Source: Octopus vulgaris (Eukaryota). Taken from it: 64,000 nucleotides of DNA. A program made the position numbers and the translations under genes. Numbering within the stretch: the stretch's first letter is position 1; each line of letters starts with the position of its first letter. The notes beneath the pieces were generated by a model. That model worked only from the letters and a program-made list of their open reading frames with translations. It did no database searches and was not told where the DNA came from. The DNA lies in assembly GCA_951406725.2 (NCBI GenBank), contig OX597821.1, forward strand, positions 68,262,001-68,326,000. The letters run 5' to 3'. Positions 1-14,698 of the stretch are shown here, one piece after another.

Positions 1-411
1 AACTTGTGTGTGCGTGCATGCTTATATATATGGGTATGGACATACATGTTGTGCATATGTATGTGTATGTATGTGTGTGCGTCATCATTATTACAGTCTG
101 TTGAATCTTGTATTTATATATTGTTATTAAGATCACATTTATGTATGTATAGATTTTTATAGATAAACATATATACCTGTTATATATGTTACTACACTCA
201 CATATATACTGTAAAAAAAATTACGTATGTATATATATATATATATATATTACATGCATGTCTTAATATCTATATATCGTATATATTATACATTTATATA
301 TATAATATATAAATATATATATATATATATACATACACATATGTGTGTATGTGTGTCTTTGTGAGTGAGCTGTATGTGGCGTGTGTGTTTGTTTATTGTG
401 TGCGTGTGTTT

Positions 412-448
<37 letters not shown>

Positions 449-582
449 TAAGAAACCAGACTCGGGCACAAGCATACATCCGTACATCTATTTGATACGT
501 ACATTATATAAATTTCATGTCTGAATAAAACAAAATGTGACACACAACACACATATGTACATACTCTCTCACACACACAGAA

Positions 583-648
<66 letters not shown>

Positions 649-1189
649 ATGTGAAGTCATATGCACAACACAAATATAGAGCGGGAGAGAGTAATTGATG
701 TTGTGTCTGATTGTGTATGGCGGAGTGCTTGGAAGTTGTTGCGCGTGCATTAATGAAAGAAGCATACATAGATGTACGCATACGATACGCATACTTATAT
801 AAATGACACACAAAAAGTGCATTGTTCGACTGATAGGCTTCTAAATATACACGATTGAGAAAGTATTTGCAAGAGCCATATAATGGTTGATGAAGTCATT
901 CACTGCAGCTAGGGAACTGTCTCACCTCACTAATGGGACTCAACCAAAAGCATTTTGATGTTCTCTCAGCGGGGTACCATCTCTATTTGTGTTCTGCATA
1001 CATACAATGGACGCATACATACATAAAAACAGACATGCACACGCAAATACCAGAGATACAGGCACTTACGCGTTCACACACACACACACACACATACATG
1101 TACACACACACGCAAATGTGTGTGCGTGTGTCTGTGTGTGTGTGTGTGTGTCCCATCGCCGTGATGCTGGAGGAACTAGGTGACCAGAT

Positions 1190-1273
<84 letters not shown>

Positions 1274-3011
1274 ATATGTATATACACATATACACGCGTA
1301 CACACACTCACATACACACACATGTATATATATTCATATACATATATAAATATGCATACATAACATTATATATATATATATATGTATGTAATATATATAT
1401 ATATGTGTATATATATATACATACATACATACATACATACATACATACATACATACATACATGTGTGTATGTGTGTGTTTGTGTGCGTGTGTGTCTGTGT
1501 GTGCGGGTTGGTGTTCGTGTAATAGGTGAGAAGAACGGCATAGAATAGAGAAGCACCGTAATAGTACTGGAACTGGTCCTGATATTTTAAATCTAGCATC
1601 CAGAACATGGGGAACAATATTCTAGCAGACAAGTATTAGCTCTAAGAAACGCCTAGGTCTAAGGAATAATAATAGAAAGATAAAAGAAGGACAAGTAGTT
1701 ACATATAATTTCCAATTATAAAAATCCGACTTAAACGTGAATATAACTTAGAAGGAAAATCTTATTCGTTAATAGATCTTTACAGTTGTTTCGAAAATTC
1801 GGTGACTGGTTGATTGCAATAATATGTATTATGTAAATGTGTGTGCATAATGCTGCAACCATACAGAGCAAAAAATGCTAGATGTTATATCATTGCACAT
1901 TTATGATGTGTAAATCAATTCAATTCTGAATTTTTCCATCGGAGGGGAGATATACAAAGAAAAATCTAGTAATAGTAAATACTAGATATAAGAAGGCGCT
2001 ACATCACTGAATACTAGATATAAGTAGGCGCTACAACGTGAATGAAGAGGAATATAATTACTAAAGCAGTAATAAAGTGGTGATAGGAATGCTAAGTTTT
2101 CAAAAGGAAATGCATATGACTAAAAGCGGAGGATGAGAGTAGGGAAAAGATAGACAGAGGCCAAAGAAGAAAGAATATTAAAAATATTAAAAATAATATA
2201 GCCTAGATTGTGTTAAAAACTTTTCAAACGACAATGAGCAGACAAGATCAGACGTATCATAAATCAAGATAGAAAAATATAGAATAAAGATGGAAGATCA
2301 AAGAAAAACAATTGAGAAGTGATTAGGTTCGAATCTCGTTAAGCAAATTTCAGGCTTAGTGTTAGCCTCCTGGATACTTTATAAGCATCCAAGCATGCAA
2401 AACATATGAGTGTCGTAAGAGAGGTTTCAAAATATGAAAATGACTAAAGGGTCAAAGACGGAAGAAAATTAAGAAGATCGATTTGAAATATGTAGGGAAA
2501 TATGTAAGAATATTTCATTAAATGACTACAAACAGAAAGGTAAGGACCTTGAAATCCCGTTAGTGTAAAGATATGCCGTAGATTGCACTATCCTCGGATG
2601 ATTTCATAAATATCTGAACAGGTGATTAACTTTCTGCGTAAAGTAACAAGTGATTAACTTTCTGCGTTAAGGTTCAGTGAGTTGAATTCGCTTATGTATG
2701 TATTGTTATATATCGTTACAGCAATATGTACACATGTTTGCATAATGCACATTATAGCGTCAATCGGTCATCAAATTTTTGAAACAGATGTAAAGATGTA
2801 TTGGGGACGATCTTTCTTCTTAATTAGTTTTTGTTTCTGTAACATCTTTAGAAATGATTTGATCTGCTTACCTATATGCTACATACATATATATATATGG
2901 TGAAATTGATTAATAACTAATTAACTTTACCCTCAATTGTTGATATATGTATATACCAAGATATGCCCAGCATGCCGGATGGCTGAAACAAGTAAAAGAG
3001 TAAAAGAGTAA

Positions 3012-3119
3012 TATATGTATATATATATATATATATGTATATGTACATATATATATATATATATGTATGTGTATGTGTGTGTGTGTATACATATGTATAT
3101 GTATGTGTGTGTATATATG

Positions 3120-3166
<47 letters not shown>

Positions 3167-3336
3167 GTATGTGTGTGTGTATATGTATATATATATATAT
3201 ATAAGTGTACGCGAGTATGTCGATGTATATGTAGGTATGTAGAGTTATGTGTATGTGCATGTATGTGTGTGTAGATACAGAATGTAGATGGGTATATATA
3301 TGTGTGTGTATATATACATATATATATGTATATGTA

Positions 3337-3383
<47 letters not shown>

Positions 3384-3796
3384 GTGGGTATGTAGAGTTA
3401 TACGTATGTGCATGTGTATGTGTATGTATATATATATATATATGTATGTGTATGTGTATGTATGTATATATATGTGTGTGTGTGTGTGTATGTGTGTATA
3501 TGTATGTATATATGTATATATGTGTATATGTGTAGGTGTGGGTATATATATATATGTATATATATATGTGTGTGTATATGTATGTGTCTATATGTATATA
3601 TGTATGTATATGTATGTATGTATGTGTAAATGTATATGTATGTGTATATATATATGTGTATGTGTGAATATATATATGTATACATACATGTATGTATGTA
3701 TGTATATATGTATGTATATATGTGTGTAAGTGTGTGTATATATGTATATGTAAGTGTGTGTGCGTGTATGAGTATGTATGTATGTTTGCACACATG

Positions 3797-3839
<43 letters not shown>

Positions 3840-3964
3840 ATGTGTGTGTGTGTGTGTATATATGTGTGTATGTGTGTGTGTGTGTATATATGTATGTGTG
3901 TGTGTGTATGTGTGTATATGTATATGTATGTGTATGTATGTATGTATATATGTATATATATATA

Positions 3965-4031
<67 letters not shown>

Positions 4032-4270
4032 ATGTGTATGTGTGTGTATGTATATGTATGTATATATGTGTGTATGTGTTTATATATATATATAGATATA
4101 TATAGATATATATATATATGTATATATGTGTGTATGTATATGTGTGTATGTATATGTATGTGTGTGTATGTGTATGTGTATATGTACATATACGTGTACG
4201 CTCGTGTGTTTATGTATATGTAGGTACGTAGAGTTATCTATGTGTGTATGTATATGTACATATGTGTAAG

Positions 4271-4345
<75 letters not shown>
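3012..4345. repeat. Compound (TA)n/(TG)n/(TATG)n microsatellite field
   Basis: Near-continuous alternating purine-pyrimidine repeats. Similar fields lie at about 4510-5220, 5340-5790, 11450-11980, 21000-21800 and 33070-33620. Confidence 0.97.
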
Positions 4346-4705
4346 AAGTTTATATGTATGTATCCGTCTGTATAATAGGTAACAGCACGTACATATACTT
4401 AATATTTATTATTTATTTATTTTTTGAGTATGCATGTATGAATAACTGCGCGTATATATATTTTATTATTTATTTTTTGAGTATGCATGTAAGTATGAAT
4501 ATAAGGAGGCGCGTGTGTGTGTGTGTGTATGTGTAAGCATAGATATATGTATACTTTTACGCATGTGTGTACTTATGTGTATATATGGATGCGCGTGTGT
4601 GTGTGTATGGGTACGCATGTACATGTGTATGTGCGTGTATGTGTATATGTGTATGTATGTGTGTGTGTATATTTGTATATGTATGTATGTATATGTATGT
4701 ATGTG

Positions 4706-4748
<43 letters not shown>

Positions 4749-4925
4749 GTGTATGTGTATGTATTTGTATGTGTATGCATGCGCGTATGTATATGTATGT
4801 ATATGTATACGTGTGGGTGTGTGTATGTGTATATATGTATGTATGTATGGATGTATGTATGTATGTATGTATGTATGTATGTATACGTATGTATATGTAT
4901 ATGTGTGTGTATGTATATGTGTGTA

Positions 4926-4984
<59 letters not shown>

Positions 4985-5784
4985 GTATGTATTTGTATGT
5001 AGGTGTATATGTATGTGTGTATATATATTTATTGGTGTATATGTATAGACTAGCCTTCTAAGAGTGTAGACATGAATCTGTAGGTACGCGTACGTATGTG
5101 TATATACGTGAATGTATGTAGATGTATGTATGTATGAATATAACGCGTGCGTGCGTGTATGTGTATGAGTGTACGAATGAGTGAGTGTGCGTGCTAATGA
5201 GTGTGCGTGCGTGAATGAGTGCTTGTTTTCAAGTAGAAAGATAAATGGACTTGCTGTCATAGCCAAGATGCTTGTGACCAGCGGTCAAAGATAACAAAAG
5301 TAATAAATGAAGATAATAAAATTAAAATTAGGGAATGGGTCTGTATTTGTATGTATATATATGTGTGTATGTGTAGGTATGTATAGGTACACATATGTAT
5401 ATATATATATATGTATATATATGTATATGTGTGTATGTGTATATATGTGTATATAGGGACTTGTGTGTTGTGTGTGCATGTGTGTATGTGGATATGTGTG
5501 TGTATGCGTGTATGTGTATGTGTGTGTATGTATTTATTTTTTGTGTGTATATGTATGTGTGGTCGTGTGTGTATATATACACATGTGTGTATATGTGTAT
5601 GCATGTATATGTGTGTATGTGTGTGTATATATATATATATATAGATATATATATATATATATATAGGTATGTGTAGATATATGTATGTATATGTATGTGT
5701 ATATATATGTATATGTGTGTGTGTGTATGTATGTGTGTATGTATATGTGTGTGTGTGTGTGTATATATGTATACATATGTGTAT

Positions 5785-6126
5785 AGGTATAAGTGAGAAT
5801 CTCCTTATTTACCTAAAACTCTATTCTTTTATATATTTTTTTATTCTTTTATTTATCCTTTTATCTAATTTGCCACTGACTCCTTGACCACTCCCCCAAG
5901 TATGATATTTTGCGCTATGCCTACCCCCAAAAAGTCCCCCCCACCCCTTTAAACCTGCCTAAATGTATAAATGCCAATACAATTCTTGTTAACTAGCTTC
6001 CTGAAGATTTCTCTTGAATGAAACAGTTCTAGTCCTGTAGAAGCTCCTTCTATATAATAAATTAATTTTACTCTGCTATGTATTGAGTACCTTATTTACT
6101 GTGGTTAACCCCGAATCAACCCGGGA

Positions 6127-6128
<2 letters not shown>
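5785..6128 (+). mobile_element. Small PLE/retrozyme-like element ending in (TA)n, carrying an HHR
   Basis: Complex-sequence island between TA/TG repeats. It contains a TATAAA (5966-5971), the HHR at 5995-6045 and AATAAA (6056-6061), then runs into (TA)n at 6129. Confidence 0.6.
5995..6045 (+). ncRNA. Type I hammerhead ribozyme motif
   Basis: Stem I AGCTTC/GAAGCT; core CTGAAGA; weak stem II ttc/gaa; GAAA; stem III CAG/CTG with an 8-nt loop; GTA cleavage triplet. Confidence 0.7.
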
Positions 6129-6192
<64 letters not shown>

Positions 6193-6296
6193 TACATAAA
6201 TATGCACACACACGCACACACATTGACACCTGTAAATGAATGAGTGAATGTATATATGTATATATATATATATATATATCTACATACATACATATG

Positions 6297-6346
<50 letters not shown>

Positions 6347-6352
<6 letters not shown>

Positions 6353-6510
6353 CTTTATTGCCCACAAGGGGCTAAACATAGAGGGGACAAGCAAGTACGG
6401 ACAAAGGGATAAAGTCGATTACATCGACCCCAGTGCGAAACTGGTACTTTATTTATCGATCCCGAAAGGATGAAAAGCAAAGTCTACCTCGGCGGAATTT
6501 GAACTCGAAA
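6347..6510 (-). mobile_element. SINE family B fragment
   Basis: Reverse complement of the GAGTTCAAATTCCGCCGAGGT.GACTTTGC.TTTCATCCTTTCGGG core shared with other copies in the window. Confidence 0.85.
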
Positions 6511-8070
6511 GCATATATATATATATACATTTTTATATATTTATATACATGTATGTATGCAAATACAATGTATATATGCAAGTACATATATTTCTGTTTC
6601 AGGTCTCTCTTTCTTTCCCTCTCTTTCTCTCTCTCTCACCCCCACATACACACACGCACACACACACACATACACGCACACACACACACAGACACACACA
6701 CACACACACACACACTCATGCCAGCATTACTTACTTTTGAAAGGAAAACATCTCAGCTCGACAGAAAACATTATGGAAGAGGATTTCAAAAGAGACCGAT
6801 ACACATTCCCTACCTTACTCCAACAATATATTTATTTAAGTATATACAATTGCGATTCTATTCTGTTGAGCTGCAGGTGTCAGGCAATTCTTTCTAGTTT
6901 TTGCGAAATCAAAACAGATACCAAATAACAGACAAGATTTACAAATAAATAATCTGTATAAATATACAAATAAATAATCGCCTATGTTGAAGAATACAGT
7001 GTAAGCGTGTACACACACACACACACACACACAGTTTTGCAATATTGTTTTCTTCTCTTTTGTCATATATTGATTTCACAAACTAAGTGCAACATTAGGC
7101 GACAAATAATGCAGTGATTGCTTTAAAATAAAAATACGACACTTGAATTTTGAAAGAACTAATACATTTGACACCAAAATAGTAAGGACGTTGTCTGAAA
7201 AATTTTTAAAGATTCATTATAAATCTGCTGTCGATTCAAATTTCTTTGCTAAACGATATTATTTAAGAAACACTGTTCGCCTGAAAATCAATAGGTAAAT
7301 TAGTGCTAAAATAATTAATACGTAAATTGTTAAAAGGTTAATTAGAAATAATTATGCGTTCAGAAAATAAAATGTTACTCAATGACTAATTTTAGCTTCA
7401 TTATCCTGGTAATTACGGAAGACAATTCCGGGCATAATTTGTTTTTATTCTGACCTCGACAGCGGAGCTATAATTAATCTCTAAACTATTCTATTTTCTA
7501 TTTTACTTTCTTTCTCCAATGCACCAAATTGAAATAGTACATAATTGCCCAGCACTTCCGTTAGTATGATGGTGACTTCGTTTCACTGTTGCGGTCAGAA
7601 AACGGACTTCGCAGCAAATATGAACCGGGTGACTTTCCGTAAATCTGATTATATTAAAACATCAACAGGTGTTGTTTCTTAGCCTTACCACTCAGTTTAA
7701 AGAAAGAATTGCTTTTGAGAAACCTGAATATTCGGGGCCGAATAGCCCAAGCAACAAGAACATCGTGTTTAGGATCATCTTCTATCTTTTACGTTTTACT
7801 TGTTTCGGTCTCTGGACTGTGACCAAGCTGGGGCACCAGCGTGAACGGTTTTAGTCAAACAATTCGAAATAATGGTCTCTTTTGCTGAACCTCTACGTTA
7901 TTAGGACGTAAGCAAACTAACACCAGCTGTGAAGTGCTATTTATATATATGTATATGTATGTGTGTGTAGAGGTGTGTGTGTCTTTGTGCTTATGTTTCT
8001 CTTCCATACCGCTTCACAGCTGATGTTAGTTTGCTTACGTCCCAATAACTTAGAGGTTCAGCAAAAGAGA

Positions 8071-8135
<65 letters not shown>

Positions 8136-8185
8136 TGTATGTGTGTATGTGTGTATGTATGCGTGTATGTATGTGTGTATGCATG

Positions 8186-8233
<48 letters not shown>

Positions 8234-8714
8234 CATACATACATGCATACAAACATACATACACACATAAGTGTGCAATTAGCACCTGTCATTGCTAGAA
8301 ATAAAAGCTAAAATATATAACTAAAAAAAAACACACAAAATCACCAACCTCATGAGATGTTGCGAGCGGCAAGTCACAACATCTTTCTCCAGCGAGATAA
8401 AACTCGCAGTTGAAGTAATATTATCAGACCCTGATATATGTATATGTATATATCTATATACGACACTTCCCGTCAATCAAATTCCCTCAAAAGGCATTGG
8501 TCATCTGAGGGCCATAATAGAGGAAACTTGTCCAAGGAACCACACAGGGAGTACTGCACCCGAAACCAGGTGGTTGCAAACGCAGGTTCTTAACCACACA
8601 GTTATGCCTGTGCCTATGTAAAGAAAAGCTAAGTAGAGGGTATGAGAAGTAAAGCTGGTGAGTAGGAGAGAAGACATCCTTCCACTACTGAAAAATAGAT
8701 AAACTATCTATACT

Positions 8715-9111
8715 GTCGTAGGAGTGGCTCTGTGGTAAGTAGCTTGCTTACCAACCACATGGTTTCAGGTTCAGACCCACTATGTGGCACCTTGGGCAAG
8801 TGTCTTCTACTATAGCCTCGGACCGACCAAAGCCTTATGAGTGGATTTGGGAGATGGAAATTGAAAGAAACCAGTCGTATATATTTATGTGTGTGTATAT
8901 ATTTGTATGTCTGTGTTTGTCCCCTCAACATCGCTTGACAACCGATGCTGGTGTGTTTATGTCCCCGTATCTTAGCAGTTCGGCAAAAGGGACCGATAGG
9001 ATAAGCACTAGGCTTACAAAGAATAAGTCCTAGGGTCGATTTGCTCGACAAAAGGCGGTGCTCCAGCATGACCACAATCACATGACTGAAACAAGTAAAA
9101 GAGTAAAAGAG
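8715..9111 (+). mobile_element. SINE family A (tRNA-like head, CORE-like block, central microsatellite, (GTAAAAGA)n tail), full length
   Basis: Head GAGTGGCTCTGTGGTAAG...GGTTCAGACCC, followed by GGCACCTTGGGCAAGTGTCTT. More than 15 homologous copies or fragments occur in the window. Confidence 0.92.
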
Positions 9112-9654
9112 TCAATTAAACATACGATACAATAAGATATTCATTATTTTGCGGTGTTTCATCAGTCGTTACGTTCTGAGCTCAAATTCTGGCTGGGTCT
9201 TTCATCCTTTCGGTGACAATGAAATAGGTACCAGTCATATATTAGAGTTGATGTAATCAGTTAGCCCTCTCCAAAAAATTTCGGGCTTTGTACCTTTAGT
9301 AGAAAGGGTTATTTTATTTCCTGGATTTAGTTACCAGGCTGCGGCCAGGCGGTAGTGCATTCATGAATTTTAGATGACCGTACCAAACCTGGCAATTATT
9401 TCAGATTAGTACTTAATTAATCGTTACCTTTTTGTCGAATTGTTAAGTTACTGTCCATAAAGAGACACAACGTTAAAAGAGTACACTGATTTTTCAAACC
9501 ACATTAAACATAAACATAGACACACACATATATATATACAGATGTATGGAGTTATACATTGTTTTGTGTGGTGGGTGTGTTGGCAAAAAGTAGCTAAAAG
9601 AAGATAAGTCAAAGAACTTTAAGACTTACTGAATTCGAAAATATAAAGGACGGA

Positions 9655-10060
9655 CGGCGAGCTGGCAGACTCATTAGCACGCCAGGGGAAATGCTTAGAG
9701 TTCAAATTCCGCCGAGGTCGACTTTGCCTTTCATCCTTTCGGGGTCGATTAAATAATTACCAGTTACGCATTGGGGTCGATATAATCGACTTAATCCGTT
9801 TGTCTGTCCTTGTTCGTCCTCTCTGTGTGTAGCCCCTTGTGGAGAGTAAAGAAATAAGAAACGTTAGCACGTCAGGCGGAATGCTTAGTGGTATTTCTTC
9901 TGTCTTCGTGTTCTGAGTTCAAATTCCGCCGAGGTCGACTTTGTCTTTCATCGTTTTGGGGTCGATAGATTAAGTACCAGTTGCGTACTGGGGTCGATCT
10001 AATCGACTGGCCCCACCCTCCCCAAAAATTTCGGGTCTTGTGCCTAGAGTAGAAAAGAAT
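9655..10060 (+). mobile_element. SINE family B, tandem dimer
   Basis: Head GGCGAGCTGGCAGA, B-box-like GAGTTCAAATTCC and the core GTCGACTTTG(C/T)CTTTCATC.TTT.GGGGTCGAT present twice. The core resembles the Meta/MESC-type SINE domain (from recall). Confidence 0.9.
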
Positions 10061-10439
10061 ATAAAGGAAGGGGCATACATGCTGCAAATGTATAGTTAGA
10101 AGGATGGTTTCAATGATATTGACCACAGAATGAGGAAGTATAGTGACTAGTAGGATGTGAGCAATGTAGTGAAGTGGCTTTTGTGTCATCCATGGATAAA
10201 GAGCAGGGTATAATAAGTCGAAAATTAATGTTCCTGTGAGGGACCATGTAAGATTGTGAGGAGAAGTGAGTACATATATGTAAGCGTATATACATGAGTG
10301 TGTGTATATGTGTGTTTATGCATATACATTGACAAATACATGCATACACAGACACTGTTTTGTAGGTGGGTAAATATGAATACATGTATGTGTATGTATA
10401 TATTTGTATATGTATATATTTATATATATATATATATAT

Positions 10440-10773
10440 TGTCAATAATAAAAGGGTAAAATTAATAAGTAGTGTTCAGTATGTAAAAAGACCATTTACG
10501 CTATATTTAAAACATTACGTTATATAATTAGGGTTCAGTAAAATAATTTACTTTACCACACACCGAACTTTTAGAAATAGCAGCCAAAAAATCTTAGCTA
10601 TTTCCTCTTCTATAAGAAAAGTCTCTCAGACAATGTATACTCAAAAATAACTCACGCAGGTATAGAGGGAAAAATAACGAAAGATCACACGTACATCGAT
10701 TACTTGAGAACGTCGTTCCTGGATTAGTTGGATATAGAGATCAACATTTCCAGAAATTTTGAGCTGATGATGG

Positions 10774-10777
<4 letters not shown>
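10440..10777 (-). mobile_element. (TA)n-flanked element with a terminus like the HHR-element class; no complete HHR seen
   Basis: Flanked by (TA)n on both sides. The terminus AATAAAAGGGTAAAATTAAT resembles, in reverse complement, the TTACCCT...ATT termini at about 2925-2945 and 17930-17952. Confidence 0.45.
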
Positions 10778-10848
<71 letters not shown>

Positions 10849-11551
10849 ATATATATATATATATGTATGTATATATATATATATATATGTATATATATTA
10901 ATATATATATATACATCATACATACATATGTATACTTATATATGCATATATGATGTATATAATCACGTTTACATAGATTAAATATATATATAAATATATC
11001 ATATTTATATATATATACAAGTATACATGTATTCTATGCATTTATATATATATATTTCTATGTACACGCACACACACACAGAAATACCCGCACGTGCGCA
11101 CACAGAGACTCCTTATGTAGATATACATTGTATGGGTTGAGAATCCTATTAAGAAATATTCTGATTCCATTGTTTGCAATTTCCTTAACACTTAACTTCT
11201 AGTCTTGCGATAAATAACAGCAAGCTCTCCAAGTCCCACTTTCCGATGATTGAGAAGCGCCCACCCAATAGCTCACGCTAGGAATATATATATACAATCC
11301 CCCAACGTAACACGTAACGTAACATTGGTTTACTCAGAGCTAAATTATTGAAACGGCAGATGTAGTTTAATTAAAATTACGTGTCAACTATAATTAAACT
11401 GATGAGCCTAGAGCGTAAAATCAACTTGAATGATGTAGTACCTAGGTTTTAGATAGATAGATGGATGGATGGATGGATAGACAGATATGTATGCATACAT
11501 ACATACATACATACATACATACATACATACATACATACATACATACATACA

Positions 11552-11585
<34 letters not shown>

Positions 11586-11977
11586 CAAACATATATACAT
11601 ATACATATATATGTGCATACATCATATATATATACATATATACATATATGTCTATATACATATACATATATGCATATATATATATATGTAGATATGGTGT
11701 ATATGTATATATATGCGTGTATGTGTATGTGTGTCTATATATTTATTTGTACGTATGTATCTATATATAGTGTATGCATATATACATGTATGTGTGTGTG
11801 TATATATACATATATATATATATGTATATATATATGTGTGTATGCATATATATGTATGTATTTATCTATATGTAGTGCATGCATTTATATATACATGTAT
11901 ATACATATATATACATACACACACCTACACCCACACATACACAAGCACACAAACACACACATACAGACATATATATA

Positions 11978-12256
11978 TAAGAGATAATGGTGTCATTGAT
12001 ACCCAAAGGTGTCAGGTAATGCTGAATAAGTGCTATAGACAGACCATAGTTAAATTCAATACCCATACATATCTTACATCTATTTTCTTTCCTCCACCTC
12101 ACTCTCTATTTGTATCACATCGAAACTAACTATGACTTAATTTTTCCTCTCACACCGTCTCCAATGAAGGAATATTATTAATTAATATCCTAGAAACAGC
12201 TGTAAGACCTTCTATCTATAAATGCTCTAATATATATCTCATTACGCAAAAAATTC

Positions 12257-12260
<4 letters not shown>
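11978..12260 (+). mobile_element. (TA)n-embedded PLE-like element with a degenerate HHR (12157-12208)
   Basis: gtct-CCAATGA-agg(a)atatt...aatatcct-a-GAAA-CAGCTG-TA-agac: stems I and II and a palindromic stem III are present; the core has two substitutions. Confidence 0.65.
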
Positions 12261-12321
<61 letters not shown>

Positions 12322-12322
<1 letters not shown>

Positions 12323-12622
12323 TAAAATGTTTTTTTGAATTGTAAAGCAATGCACTATAATACAAATAGTAGGCTACATACCTATTGTAATTTAGTCATC
12401 CATAGTATGATAATATTTCGAAATAAAATTCCTTCTTCATATATTCTTGGATGGAGTCGCTGCTATAATCGGTTTTCCCACAAGCGACTCCATCTAAGAA
12501 TATCTGAAGAAGGAATTTCATTTCGAAATATTATCATACTATGGATGACTAAATTACAACAGGTATATAGCCCACTATTTGTATTATAGTGCATTGTTGT
12601 ACCATTCAAAACTTTTTATTCT
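12322..12622. repeat. ~140-bp inverted repeat with a degenerate HHR in each arm, between (TA)n tracts
   Basis: About 12325-12461 is the reverse complement of about 12483-12620, roughly 90% identical by eye. The right arm reads CTGAAGA-a-ggaat/atttc-GAAA-tatta-TC-atac at 12500-12539. Confidence 0.85.
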
Positions 12623-12666
12623 TTACAAACAATACAGAATGCTTCAAGCGAACTACAATACTCTCC

Positions 12667-12794
<128 letters not shown>

Positions 12795-14104
12795 TTCATA
12801 TATACTTCAACAAAATCTAAAAATTATTAGCTGTTGATATTTACTTGGCTGCTAAAAAGAAAGCATTAGTAAATGCGTCGCATGCATCTATTACAGTTCC
12901 ATACTCAGAACACGTTATATACTTATCTATTCACTTATAAAAATAACTAACTGGTGTTCAATATCAGATCTTCAGTATCATAAGTATAAAACACACTTAT
13001 GTAAAAAAAAAAAGATACTAGTTAATGTTTTTTTATTGTTGATTACTGAACGCATTTTTCAATATGCGAACTTCTTTCAGAGAATGATAAATATATTTTC
13101 AACAAGTGTAACCATATTTAAAATACCACAATTCCTATCGATGTAGGTGTGCTCAAGAATTCATTAATACTGATATTTTGTTCAAAATTACAAACGGCTT
13201 AAGATACATTCGGAGTAGAGGGTGATCAGTAAGAATATTTTAAAACACAAAATGTAAAACGAAATATATGTTGTGATGTTCTATAAAGTCTAAATATTCG
13301 TTTCAATGTTGCCAGAATTACGTGAACAAATCATAAAAACGGAGAGGATTTATGCGATATTAATTATTTAAAAAAATGTCAGGCATGGAAAACAATATAC
13401 AAAACAAATGAATTGAGAGACCAATCATTTCGGTCCAATGAAAGAACACCACAGATTCGAGATAATCGTAACTACTAAGAGCGAATGTCCTCTTATAGTT
13501 GTATTCTCCGGTTTATGGGCGGGCTCATGTGTGAGAGTAGACTCATTTGATCAGGTCATAGACATACAACTCGCACAATCTTTCAGCAAATCTACTTTTG
13601 CACTTGGTCGTGTTTTTTGAGAAAATTAAATCAGTTAAATACGAATGGTAACACAACATTGTTGAAGCAGAAGAGGTTGGAAGCCGGGAGAGCTACAAGG
13701 CTGAGTAGAAAGAGAGAGAAAAGCGATAGAGCAGAGAGTGAGAGACAGAAGGGAAGAAAGAAAATCATGACAAAGAAAGAGGAACCAAATAAGTCACAAC
13801 ACTTTACACAACAGGGCGATATGTAAGAAAATGGTATTCGTCGGGAGCACTGAGGGATGAAATTCGGCACAAATAAAGAGACAAAACAATATTTGGAAGA
13901 AAAGAAAAATACCCTTCATCAGCTGATTCTCAATGAATTTTCCCGGTTTCGACACCTTAAACAGTTCGAGTATCTAGTGGCGTCAACAACTATTAGATCC
14001 GCAGGGAGGTAATGACATAGTGAAAATATAAGATACGAAATACAAGTTAATATGTAGTTATGTGTTAACGATTGGAATAGAGAAAACACAAGGTTATGCA
14101 TGAC

Positions 14105-14408
14105 TATAGGATTGCACCTAGAAAGTTTCCCTCCAAGGCACAAGTCCTGCAATGTTGTTTATGGAAGCCCAGCAGTCGCCCATGTATAGAGCCTCCCCTC
14201 CTAACGTCAGTGATGTTATCCAAGGAAGGTAAAGGCTGATACAGCATGGCACCAGTGACGTCACAACTAATTTCTACAGCTGTGTAAACTGAAACAGCGT
14301 AGAATAAAGTGTCTTGCTCAAGAACACAAAACATAAACCGGTCCAAGAATTGAACTTACTACCTCATGATCTTGAGCCCGACACTCTGACCACTGAGTCA
14401 TACGCCTT
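14105..14408 (-). mobile_element. SINE family D (tRNA head plus CORE-like block)
   Basis: Minus strand reads GACTCAGTGGTCAGAGTG...GAGTTCAATTC...TTCTTGAGCAAGACACTTTATT. Homologous to 61176-61500. Confidence 0.88.
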
Positions 14409-14498
14409 CACAAAAAATTAAGACTAAGCAACTGTATAATTAATGCATGATGATTTCACAATGATGCGAGTTTTGAATTAAGCACAAAGAATGCGCCA

Positions 14499-14622
14499 CG
14501 GGCATATGGTGTAGTGGTTAAGAGCGCGGGCTACTAACCCCAAGGTTCTGAGTTCGATTCCAAGCAGTCACATGAACAACGACAACAACAACAACATTAT
14601 ATTAATAATAATAATAATGATG

Positions 14623-14698
<76 letters not shown>

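Noticed and set aside
10755-10777. GAG-CTGATGA-TGGAAA next to (TA)n
   Set aside because: No stem II, stem III or cleavage site; truncated or coincidental.
11395-11430. CTGATGA-gc-ctaga-gc motif as an HHR
   Set aside because: It is followed by GTAA rather than GAAA, with no convincing stem I or stem III.
14500-14570. tRNA gene; likewise the heads at about 38620-38680, 61430-61500 and 63110-63180
   Set aside because: A and B boxes are present, but there is no proper acceptor stem and each continues into a SINE body.
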